DNA of 61,619 bases. Source: Chara braunii. Taxonomy: Eukaryota; Plantae; Charophyceae. Location of the stretch: contig BFEA01000001.1 in the NCBI GenBank assembly GCA_003427395.1, forward strand, positions 12,539,691 through 12,601,309, read 5' to 3'. Position numbers and translations under genes: made by a program. Positions within the stretch are counted from its first letter, which is position 1. Every line of letters starts with the position of its first letter. This document shows, piece by piece, positions 11,351 through 22,850 of this stretch. The notes beneath the pieces were generated by a model. That model was not told the origin of the DNA and made no database searches. It saw only the letters and a program-made list of their open reading frames with translations.

Positions 11351-11579
11351 GTTTAAAGGAGGTAGACTATATTTTGACAGGAGACGATTCAGGCAATCCA
11401 CCCAGAATAGGGGAGATTCTGTAGTTGATCTACATTTAACTTAAGCATTTGGTTTAAAAGTAGACTTAAGTTTAACTTATAGGGAGATTTTGAGTGAGGA
11501 TGTATTATGGAGTTGTATTCTCCATACACTTATGATCTTAGCTTGGGGATTGGTCTGCCGTGTGTTACAGTTTTTTTTT

Positions 11580-13147
11580 TCAAGTTCAGGGCTAGATCCA
11601 GCTTGGTCCTTTTGAGGATCACTTTCTGTTATCGCTGATAACAGGTCGGTTGCCGATTCGTCGGTCTACGACTCAATTACAACTCTCCCTCCACACTCAA
11701 CCTAAAAGGCTTTAGCCCTGGTGATCTTCGTTTGTTTTATTAAAGTTTTCACCCGGACTTTTATTTAATGACCATTTAACAAAGGTACTGAGTATTTAAT
11801 TAAGGTTGGTTGGACAGGAGGTTTTGGGGCTTGTATGGCTAAAGCGAGGGGTATGAGTGTCGAAGGTGGTTGGGATTGACTCCGTGTAATGTGTGGGTTG
11901 TTGATTTGGTTCGTTGATGTGACTGCAGGTATGTGCTGTGAGTCAGATTCTGGATTTGGTTGCCTGCGATCACACATATACGTATTATTGTGAGAAACCC
12001 CAGTGAGACCGTGAAAAGTGATCGTCATATACTTAACCCTTATATACGTATACATGGGTATACTTGGGATGAATGTTTGCATGGGTTGAAAAATCCCCAT
12101 ATTAAAGCCCCACTCAGAAGCTGGGACTGAGGAACTTAGGGGAGACCCCTACTTCTATTTTTATTCTTGCTTTTTGATGATTTTCTTAGTCGGACGTTTG
12201 GTCCTAGGCTGGGATTCGAGGTCCTTGTCCAGGACATTCCAAGCCCTAGGCTCTGCAGGGCTGGGGTTTTCTCTCGTGCAGAGCCTATTTGATTTGCCTA
12301 CCGAGACACTCAGGTCGAGAGCCTAAGGTGCAGCGGTGGCTGCACGACTATTCCTTCAGCCGTGCAATGTCGTGAAGGGGTAGGCCCTCACGACACTTCA
12401 AGTCTGACACTTGAGTGTCATAAGCGGTACTCGGATCCACAAGGGACCGCTTGATTATTGACACTACATAGTACGTCATCGTTGCGACTGTTTGTGTACG
12501 CCTGCATTGCGAGTTGATATGCAATAGCCCTGCATCCGCGCGGTTTTATACTAAGTTCAGCGCGCGACGCCTATCCGATTTCCGCATTGGAAAGTTATGG
12601 GTTGGCTACCGAGGGGCTAGGAGCGTTGTCGCGTTGTTGGTATTGTGTCGTTTCGTATATATGTTGTTTTGTGTGTACGTGTGTTCGTAAAGTGGAGTGC
12701 GCGTGGTGTGTGGGATGCGTCCTAGTCGACCGATGATGAATCGCGCTTAGGACCTCAGCCCCCCCAAGATGTCGGTTCGCGTGCGGGTCCGATAGAGGCG
12801 TATTACCGCGCGTACCCCCTATGCTACAGCGAACGAGAAACGCCCCCGGCTGGTCCACCTCTGCGATTGCAACTGATTAGCTTTCGTACTGTGGATCGGT
12901 AGCTCGGCGGGGATACGCCCACCGAAGGGAGGTGACAGCTCCCGTAAGGTGTAGGTAAGTCGTGCCTCGCGTAGGCCCTATCCTGTCGTAGGGGCTCGCG
13001 AGAGGTATGGCTGGCGCACCCGGCCGGAGCAGCTTGTGGAAGCTCCATGTATATTGCGACGAAGGGTTCTAAAAACCAACTCCTGCGTGACGCGGCCGGG
13101 AGGGTCCCGCGCTGCCCCCGTGCGGTGCCGGACCTATGCGCCCAACA
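11580..13147 (+). mobile_element. LTR-type repeat block related to 44800-46782
   Basis: 12720-13140 aligns by eye with 46365-46770. Ends in ..CCCAACA. Left boundary approximate. Confidence 0.5.
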
Positions 13148-13881
13148 CTGTGTATGCTGTGAATAGTCTAACAAAAACAAGGCTCCAATCTATATTCGTG
13201 GGGAGCAGCACGTGCTGGAAACTGGGCCCAGCGTCCCATATGATACTTGTGAAGTTGTGAAGCTTTACAAAAAATTTGGGAAAGTTCGAGGAACGGCTGG
13301 CCATTACCCATCTTTGGCTGAAGAATACAGTACATAGAAGTACGACACATTCCACCGCACCCACCCAACGGAGGTGGTCTTCACATGCCTGAGGAATAGC
13401 GACCCGAATCCTCAGACCAAGTCAAGAATATACCTTATTCTGATATCAGACGACATGGAAGGAGCCCTCCAACTGGCGGTCATCCTTCCTTCCAGTCCGT
13501 ACCCGGGCCTGGACCATGAAATGTGGATGGAATTCTGCAAATGGAACACCTCCCTGCTGAAAAAGAACCAATTTCAAGCATACATCAATGACATGTGGTC
13601 ATGTTGGCAAAGCAAAAAACACGAACTAGATTCAGAAATCACTTACGGCTTATACTTTATAGCAAAGAGGGCCAAGGGGTTCTGACCCTCCTCTACAAAA
13701 GGTGATAAGATGAACATAAAAAAATACAGGCCAATAAGTGGCAATAACCCTGACAGTAGTATATAAAATGTTGGCCAAGAGTCTGGCAAATGGGATGGTT
13801 GCAGTATATCATGCACCTGGCCCAAATTGGCTTCATCTAGAAATTCTGGAATAGAAACATCCAAAGGCCATACTCTTGGTC

Positions 13882-14983
13882 CCGTCGGCTAGCTCAGTAG
13901 GTTTCATGCCTGAGCGGCACCGCGTAGGTGCTGGGTTCTATTCCCGTTGCCGTCACTTTCAGTGGTCTGAAGGATTGGTGGCCGTGCCACCCTGTAACCC
14001 GTTGCAATGAGGGAGCATCGGGCCAAGTGGAAGTGGCTGCTCAGGTCCTGCTGCGGCCGGTCGGGACACACCCAATACATACATATCCAATAAAAAGAGC
14101 TCTGAGGTTGAGTTCTTAGGGTTTCGTTAGACACTCCTAAAAGTGCTTGTTTTTAGGATTGCGTCTTGGTTGCACGCAATCCTAAATCCAATTTTGAGAT
14201 TGAAAATGTGAAAACGACGTTAGGACGAGTCCTAAAGGATTTAGGATTCCCCAGGCAAAATTGTCCTAAATTTTCCAGTAGCCCCCGACCTACTGAAAGA
14301 TTTAGGATTCCCTCATTTCACGGACTCGTTGCGTCGCATGCATGGCACCGTTGACACGGAGTTGCTGGTGCAGAAGCGGTCCGTCGGGTCAGTGGTAGGA
14401 CATCGGAGGTTTTCTGCGGGTCGACGCGGGCAACGGCCACGAACAGTAGCCGTTGGTGGGGATTGGATGGACATTGGCAGGAATGGACGGACATTGGCAA
14501 CGCGGCTGCGTATACGCATATGAAAACTGGCCGCGGGAGAATCCTAAAAGATGACTCTTAGGATTGCGTGTAACAACGCCACACGAAATCCTAAAAATCC
14601 TTTAGGACTCGTCCTAAAAATTTTAGGATTCTTTTAGGAGTGTCTAACGAGACCCTTAGTCAGAATCATCATAGCTGACATTCATAATTACGATGCTTAT
14701 CAGGGTTGAGACCCTCAATTTCACGATATTTCCAGAGGCAAAAAAACTCTCAACATACCTGTCACAACATAAGCTCAATAAGGAAGCTCAATAAGGAAGC
14801 TCAATAAGTCATGATCATGACGTATAATCTACAATAATAACTTCCATAAAATAAGGAAGCTCAATAAGTCATGATCATGACATATAATCTACAATAATAA
14901 CTTCCATAACAATCTCGAATTACCCAGGGTCGGTCACCTGTGGATATATCTCAAGACTGTCGTCCTTTTTTTTTTTATAAAAA
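13882..14983 (+). mobile_element. tRNA-headed SINE inserted in the LINE
   Basis: 19-bp TSD AAAGG(C/T)CATACTCTTGGTC at 13863-13881 and 14984-15002. A box TAGCTCAGTAGG and B box GGTTCTATTCCC at the 5' end. T/A-rich tail. Confidence 0.82.
14119..14655. mobile_element. Tourist-like (PIF/Harbinger) MITE
   Basis: 25-bp TIR GGGT(T/C)TCGTTAGACACTCCTAAAAG. TTA TSD at 14116-14118 and 14656-14658. Internal TCCTAAA/TTTAGGA subterminal repeats. No ORF. Confidence 0.92.
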
Positions 14984-17900
14984 AAAGGTCATACTCTTGG
15001 TCAACAAAATACTCGGATTATTCGAACAATCGAATCACAACACAACCATTATTTTGATAGAGTTTGAGAAAGCCTATGATCACGTCGATTGGTTCTTCCT
15101 TGATCGATGCCTGGAAATCATGAATTCCAGCCTGGTCTTCAGACTGTGGGTGATAATACTGATTGGGAACGCGACCATTTATGCACAAGTGAACGACCCC
15201 CTCGCACCAGTAACTCGATTGGCCAGGTCGATCAGATAAGGCGACCCAGTAACTCCCTTTCTCTTTGTCATCGTAATGGAAGCATTGCTAATTTAAGGCA
15301 TGACAAGGACCTAAAAAAAAATCAAAGTGGCATACATCCCCGAGGAGGCCATCCTGATCTGCTTCCGGTTTGGTGATAATTTGGCCATAATGGTGGACGT
15401 AACAGAGGAGAACATGGAAGAAAAGTTTCACAACACGTCTGACATGTCAGTGAACTGGGGCATCAAAACTCAAGGATGGTGAATACACTATCAAAGGGGA
15501 AGGTTAGTGGAAGAACCAGAAATTAATTGGCTTGCAAAGGAAGCACTAGTGAAAGTCCTTGGGGTACTAAGGACAGCAGACGGTCGCCCAACGACTACTA
15601 ATGACAGCAGACGGTCGCCCAACAACTACTAATGACAGCAGACGGTCGCCCAACGACTAATGACAAATGGATCACACGCCCAACATTCCAAAAAATGGCG
15701 GCCTGGAAGGGAAGCACACATTCCTTTTCTTGTACAAGTCGCTGACGTGGACCCTTACCAAGGGGTCTCAAAAGGCCTTTATGAGACAAGTGACGGTCTT
15801 CCTATGGAGAGGTGACCATGAGTCCGCAACAACAATTAGTCGTATAGGTTGGGACTCAATCATCCAACCTAAACCCGATGGAGGGTTAGAGATCATTGAT
15901 CCCTACACGTAAAATGTGGCACGTAGTTTGAAATGAATCAAAAAATTGATCCTCTCTCTTCCATCCCCATTGGGGGCACTAGCTTTGGAACATATCCGAG
16001 GACTTGCCCCACAAGCTCCCTCCTCAGTGGATCCCTTGTTATGGTTGAGAGACCGATATTTGACCATTCCACGCCAAAGCGCTACAGGAACCAGAGGGGC
16101 TACACCTGGTCGTATCTCATTAAAAATTGGAAAAGACTCCCCTTACCTGATAAATGTCCTTGAGAGAGTTGGGAAGAGGTATATAGGCATCCTTTGTTCG
16201 GGAACAGATGGGTCACAGACTCCTAGGGTCAGACATTGTGCAACTCAGCGGCACCATGGAAAAACTGGGTACGGAACAAGATAACCAAAGTGGTAGACTT
16301 TTGGGACTCCCAAACCAACAAATGAAAAACAGCAGAACAAATAAGGGGTATAGTCCGGTATGGCCATGGAATCAAGGAGCGCTTGGAAGAAGTAATATTT
16401 TTGACCCCGCTGGATTGGTACTGAATCCTTAGGAACTGCCCCACTTTACAGGAAGGGTACTGGGTCAGAATAGTGGGAGAGGAAGCATAGGTGAGACTGG
16501 TCCAATCCCTTCGAGTAGCGGACGGGTTGATAAAATTCTATAGGCTTCGGTATGGCCATGGAATCGTGGATCCCTTGGAAGAAGGAATATTTTTGACCAG
16601 CTGCATTGGTACCGAATCCTTGGGAAGGGCCCCACTTTACAGGAAGGGGACTAAGTCACAATAGTGGGAGAGGAAGCATAGGTGGGACTGGTCCAATCCC
16701 TTCGAGCAACGGACATGTTAATAAAATGCTACAGGCTGCAGTCGAGGGGCTGACTGATATGTAGCCACAGGCCCACAACCCTTCCTCTTGATTGATAAAA
16801 AATGTTATTTTGGATAAGAATATTGGCGGAGAGAACGAAGCTCGGGGCTTATCGCCCAGACGGTCAATTGCGATGATGCCACTTGATCTGGGGAAGGGGC
16901 AATGGATCCCTCAAAACGCTCCTACCAAGGGGACAAAGAGACTTCAGCAAATGCATAAGCTAGCGGTCAAAGCCATATATCCGATGATCTGCCCAAAGAA
17001 AAAACTGGTGGATGTCATCAATGACATGTGGGTGAATGAGCTCAATGTGGCCCACAATCTGCTGCGTCTGGTCAGATGGTTCAAGGATGTAAAAAAGAAG
17101 CCAGCCAAAGTCTCATCCTTGTAGTGGCAGGTCACAAACAGATGCCTGCCTACAAACAATTGGCTAATTGATCATACGAGGCTAGACCAAAGGGGTGGCA
17201 CTCCCATGGTGCCCCAACACTGCCAACATCATGTCGGCCTTTGCTAGATGAAAAACTTCAGAGACAGTTGAACACGTCTTCATGCAGTGCACGGGGTCGG
17301 TTCTCACCTGAAGATGGTTGGCCGAATACGGAGAAGGATGGTGAGGGACGGGGATTGGCCTTGGGACTGGAAAGCAATATTAACTTGTTTAAGTTGGGCA
17401 AACGGGCAATATTGTGGACCCTTTGGTGGAAGAGATGTGTCCTAGTTATGGACAAAGTGACGGTGGAGGGACCTAAGGTAACATAACACATTAAATTACA
17501 TATGCAAACAAAATTGCAAGCAAGATGGTTGACGGTAGCAGAAAAACCGGCTATGTTGAATGAGCCCGTGGAAATTACAAAAAACATAATAGCCTTCAAC
17601 AAGGAAATGGTTGGGGGGCACCAGGAGGATGGACGACGACGGTCGAACATGTCGGCAGGACTGATGGAGCAGGGAGGGAGATAGCCGGGGACGGAACGGG
17701 AAGGATACAGAGGAATGAATGGTTATAATTTAATGACTGGATACACCTGGACCCCGGATTGATGTGCCGACACCCATCAGAGTTCCCAGACTCCTTCCCC
17801 TGCCACGAAATGGACGATAGTGTGTGAGTCTACGGTTCTAGACACTACCTTCTTCCCCTGAACATACGCGATGCGTTGTAAATGAATACAACACATACAT

Positions 17901-18390
17901 TGTGTTTTATTTGTTTACTTCGCAAATGCGTTGTATTTGAGTGGACTGCGCTAACTTTTTTGACAGAAGGGGGCCGGGTCCAGGCTGAGTAGGCTCATAC
18001 TCCAGGATGCGTGCCTAGCATTACGGCTGCTCGCCTGTTTTGTAGCAGGCAGCAAATGCCAAACAAATTGGATGTTGAATACTTCATTCTTACGCTACAA
18101 GACCTGCTTAACAACAACGACACTCTTGTAAGTTAACGACAATCAATCTCTCTTGGCCCATCAAACCGATACTTACACTAACAGAGAGAGGGTTGGCGTC
18201 AGCCAACCACTTTTATCAGGGGTATCGTCACTATCGTGAGCTCTGGGTGATGTGGTGAGTGCTTATCCATTAGACAAATGCATCGCAGGGTTGGTCTGAG
18301 TAAACTCGACTGCTTATCGCAGCCTTAGCAGGGGCATCGCTAACTCTGGGCGACGTGTCCTTATCCATCAGTCAAATTCATCCTGGGCAA

Positions 18391-18441
18391 ACTGTTGGGG
18401 AAAACCCTCCTGATGACTCGGTGAAAGTATGACGAAACAGT
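18391..18441 (+). ncRNA. Type III hammerhead ribozyme (G10.1>C variant)
   Basis: ACUG-U-U / GGGG-aaaac-CCUC / CUGAUGA (18410-18416) / cUCG..UGAc / GAAA (18434-18437) / CAGU. All three stems can be drawn. The first pair of stem II is C-C instead of G-C. Confidence 0.75.
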
Positions 18442-18488
18442 CTGGCACAGTCATGCTTTTCTTTTTGGAGTTGTGTATACGGTACATG

Positions 18489-18740
18489 ACACACGCACAC
18501 ACGCACACACACACACAAGCACGCACACACATGCACACACATGCACACACACGCACACACATACACACACACACACTTGAACACACACGCACACACACAC
18601 TTGCACACACACTTGCACACACACTTGCGCACACACGCACACACACACGTGCACACACGCACACACACACATGCACACACGCACACACACGCACACACAC
18701 ACACACGTGTACACAAACGCACACACACCCACACATACAC
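18489..18740. repeat. degenerate (CA)n microsatellite
   Basis: Directly visible. Confidence 0.95.
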
Positions 18741-19035
18741 AAGTGGTTTTGACTGACTCGTCATTATTAGACCCCAAAAAAAAAACAAAGTGGAAATAGG
18801 AACCCCTCACAAACAAATATTGTGTAGATCTTGAGGTCTGGAAAATATTGCTTTGTGCACACTGCGCACCGAGGGAAAGTGCGCACTGACGAAGTAGTAT
18901 ATGTGAAACTGATGTTGGGCGAATAGGGCAGTTGCTATCCAGCTCCACCCATCCGAACACACCCCTCGTGCTGGCCGCTTTCATTTGCAATTTATTTTCT
19001 TGCTTTTGCGGGTGGATCCGCTACATGTAAGCTAG

Positions 19036-19076
<41 letters not shown>

Positions 19077-21484
19077 GGGATGGGGTGAAAGCGAGGGTGG
19101 GAATTGGGGGGGGCACTGGCTCTAAGAAAAGTCGATTTTTGATGAAATAAGCTTTCATCAGCCCAATGGCATTGAAGGGCAAAGCGCCTTCACCCGAGTA
19201 TTTCCCAGATGCTGTTAATGCCTACTGAGGGTCCTCGAATCCCTGGACGTTTTTCGGGGGGTGGGCACTGCCCCATCATGGGGTTGTGTCTCCGTGGCCT
19301 GCCACGTGGCAGGGCTCCCCCCCTTTCCTGGCGCAACCATTTTGGGGGTGTCCCTTTTGGCCGGCTGTGACTGATCATCAGGGGGGGAGTTCATTCTCCC
19401 CAGCCTCCCCAGGTGATAAGGATCCCCCATTATTCTGCTCACTTGTCTCTTGTGGTCTCCCCGGGGCACCATGTGCCTCGCGTGTGGATTGTGGTCGGTG
19501 TTTGGTGCGGCTGGCCACCCATCGTCTCGGGTAGGTCATGCTGGTGTTGATTGGCTGTCTCCTTCCCCTTGTCACACAAAGTCTCGCAGAGTCACACATA
19601 CAATCGTTCTGGAAGTATGACCCTTACATATGCATTGCTCTTTTGTGCCTATGTTGTTCTTTGTGTCTGTGTGGATGACAACTGACTGGCGATTTCGGAT
19701 GGTGTTACATGTGGCACCACGAATTTAATTTGTAAGGGCTAGGTTAATCGTGCATCACTTGTGGCATGATCATTCCCTACATCAATTTAGTATTCTTCAG
19801 AGAAAGGTTAATCGTTGACGGATCACGTGAATTCAGATGTGAAGATGTGCCCGTGGGGTTGCAGGGTTTGTGATGGGGAAATCTGTCATGCGGATAGGGT
19901 TTGAGGGTCAATTTTAAGAACAGGTCAACCAGGGGTCTTGAGGACATAGGCAGGGTTGGAGGGTTCAGGGGGGGCCAGGGGTGAGGAGGGGGATGGTGCA
20001 CAGCTGGCCATGGGAGGTCTCACCCCCTGCTCAAACGAGCGGTGTCGACTACTCTCATACTCGCAGTTGTCGCGTTCTTGTACTCGCGTCGTTGTTCTCC
20101 ACTGGTTCCTGCTCCTTATTCCAGCCGCTCTCTGCTCTCCGCTCACTACACCTTGCTTCCAAATCCACCTTCCCTTTATTGTTAATGACTTCCCCATTCT
20201 CTTCTCCGCTTTCATCGATATCGTTTTGGGCTCTTCTCCCCCATTCCCACTTTTGTTATCCTTTTGTCCGCCTCTTCTTCGTCATTCCACGCATCCATCT
20301 GTGACAGCCTTGAGGCGTGTCCGGACTCTGCTGTTTTTCGACAGGCGACGGGGGGGCTTGGGCCTCAAGGCCCCATGCTTCCTTGCCGCCTCAATGGGAG
20401 CTGGTTCCCCCAGGGGGACTCCCGTTCCCATCATTTCTGTGTCTGTGCCTGGGTGCATGGGGGCAGCTTCTTGAGTCGGCTCTTGAAGGAGGTTCATTGC
20501 CAAGTTTATGTCTCTCGCATTTTGGGCCATCATCTTACACAAATTGAACCCCACGATGATCGTCACCCCACTTGACCCGATCAACATGGCAAATTTGCAC
20601 GAGTTCACGCAGTCCGTTTTGGCTAACTGGCTAATCCCGCTTGATCTCAATACTTGGCCTTCCTTACCCATTAAGTAGCACCAAAAGGTAGTCAATGCAC
20701 CTGATCTGTCCACTCCACAAAAACAGATAGAGGGGGAAGATTGCACTTCAGAATTTATAGTTATGAGGCGGAGGTGAGAGGCGTGTTGGTGGGGGTTTCA
20801 GGGAAGAGAAGGGAAAAGCAAGAAGAGCAAAGGAGGTCAGGAGGTTCTGCATAATGGAATTGCAGCATGAAGGGTGTACCCTCTCTCCAGTCTCCAGACA
20901 ATGGTCCAACATGCGAAGGCATCAGACCAATTACGAATAAGGGGATAGAAAGTGGTAGTTGAGTTTTCATGGAGGGAAAAGGATGGTGTGAAGGGACAAA
21001 GGAGAAGGGAAGGAGGGAAGAACTGTTGAAAGATTGCAGGAATGCCGGAGCACGAAAAAAGGTAGGACTCTGTAGGAGGATTGAAGTCATCATGTGCAAG
21101 CAAAAAAATGCAATAGGAAACCGCATGCAGAAAAATGAGACTCCAAGAACATGCAAAATGAAAAAGGTGGTCTTGTCAGGCGAGCCACTGAGAAAGAAGT
21201 TGCGCAACACCTCTATTCCAATATTTGGAATTGCATGTTGGGAACGGACCAAGAAAATTCAACAAGAAGAAGTTGTGCGCACTAGGTAGACTAAGAGTTT
21301 CACACAAAAAGATAACAGAAACAAATTCGTATATTCATCCCTCTTGCTAAAGGAAGAAGGAAGAAGAGATATGTTATGAACTTCGCAAAAATGTTGGGGG
21401 CACCCCGACCAGCCAGAAACAGACAGTCCAACACCCGTATGTGAAATGAGAAAAAGGGGCATGGAAAACAACAGCCACCACAGA

Positions 21485-21725
21485 TGGATCAATGTATAGA
21501 TGGATGGTTGGTTGGTTGGATGAATGGATGGATGGGTGCTTGGTAGCAATGGATGGGATGGCAGAGATGGATGAATGAATGCGATGGAGGGAGGGACGGA
21601 GCGATGGTTGGGATAGGGTTGGACAAATGGATGGAATAAGGATGGATGAATGGGATGGATGGGATGGATGGGATGGGATGGATGGGATGGGATTGAAATA
21701 GGTGGGTGCATGTATGGATGGATGA
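21485..21725. repeat. degenerate (GGAT)n/(GGGAT)n microsatellite
   Basis: Directly visible. Confidence 0.9.
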
Positions 21726-22057
21726 CAAATGACAGATAGATAGATTGCTAGAAAACGGGGCATGCGAAGATGCAGTATCAGAAGAGGGGAGGGTAGACCT
21801 GGAATGGAAGGTGAGGGGCAAATGGGGACGTCAAGGTGGGATAGATAAAAGAGACAGACACAGAGATGGGGAAGGGGTGGGAAGAGGGACTGTATTATGG
21901 GAAGTTTGTGATAAGCCAAGTCACGTACTCGTGGGCCGTGGCTTCACGCATCCTTCGGATTAAACCTTGAAGAAAGTCCCAAAGTACGAACCTTGACAAA
22001 CATGGATGGATGGGGTCCGTTTCAATTTTTTTGTCTTTTATTACATACATTTTTTTC

Positions 22058-22693
22058 ATGGTAGGCGTTTTTCAACTTGTCTCTCCCTCTCTTACCTTCT
22101 CTTTTTGAACTCACTTGCGTTCCCTTGGTTCAATAGACCTTTCCGCTATTTTCCTAGCCCCCACCGTTTTAGGCTTTTTTTCTGCTTCGAAGCCATTTTT
22201 TCGTTCCTGCGATCCTTACTTGTACCTTCTGTTTTCTATAGGTCTCGATCCAGTAACCTTGAACTTGAGTAGTAGTTAATGTTCCGCTGCATTACTTTTG
22301 GTCCTCGTCTTTTTCTTGGCTCGACTTGATCAGGTGACCTTCTGAATCATACTGTTCCGGAGACTTCGGGAAGCTTCATTACAGTTTCATGAATACGAGT
22401 ATGTAGGACCTCGTCTAGAATTCAACAAGGTATAAGAGTCCCGTCAAATGTAGTCTCGTCCATCTTGCGCTAGGTACTACCGACCTTTGACGAAGCCGGA
22501 CAGGCGACCGACAAAAACACACAGTACTACCGACCCCTGACGAAGCCTGACAGGCGACCGACAAAAACACAATGTAGGGTATAATCACCTGATCTGCGTC
22601 TATGTTGTCACTAAGAATTTTTTGACGCAGTTACCTGCGCTCGGTTCAACTCTCGTCCCATCATTTTCTTGTGTGTTGACTGATGCTTGCAAC
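22058..22693 (+). repeat. 5' pseudo-LTR of the PLE
   Basis: Direct repeat of 27266-27933. Contains two decayed hammerhead units at ~22480-22580 (GAAA>AAAA). Confidence 0.9.
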
Positions 22694-22850
22694 ATTAGTC
22701 CGCGCACTAACCAACGTAACAATAGTACTACGACTGTGGGATTGCGTATTTTATCACCATCTACCACCATCTACCACAATCTAATTTCCTTTTTTATAGT
22801 CTTTCTCACCTTCTGAGATCTATCACTGTCTTCCTCCTTGTTTCGTGCCA

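Larger units (their letters stand above)
7962..11569 (+). mobile_element. long LTR-type block (Gypsy-like); left boundary unresolved
   Basis: Non-coding. Ends in GTGTGTTACA, a typical LTR 3' terminus, with no PBS after it. Carries repeated GGAAGYGCTGCCSAAATTT motifs like those I recall from plant Del/Tekay LTR 3' regions. No TSD found. Confidence 0.5.
13370..17830 (+). mobile_element. decayed L1/Tx1-type LINE ORF2 (endonuclease end, RT, C-terminal region)
   Basis: Fragments: FT..KSRIYLILIS/DH (APE endonuclease C-terminus), KYRPIS..YKMLAK, FEKAYDHVDW, RSIR(*)GDP..PFLF, and KRAILWTLWWKRC (homologous to the minus-strand LINEs). Many stops and frameshifts. Interrupted at 13882-14983. Confidence 0.85.

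Noticed and set aside
18880-18922. Hammerhead at CTGACGA..GAAAC
   Set aside because: Stems I and II cannot be formed convincingly.
18368-18990. Cys/Val-, His/Thr-, Glu/Arg-, poly-Phe and poly-Lys ORFs (also ~30231, 43106, 47530, 51736, 59328)
   Set aside because: Translations of microsatellites and homopolymers.
19100-20750. Decayed LINE ORF1-like coding relic on the minus strand
   Set aside because: Some protein-like stretches but no diagnostic motif, so it cannot be supported without a search.
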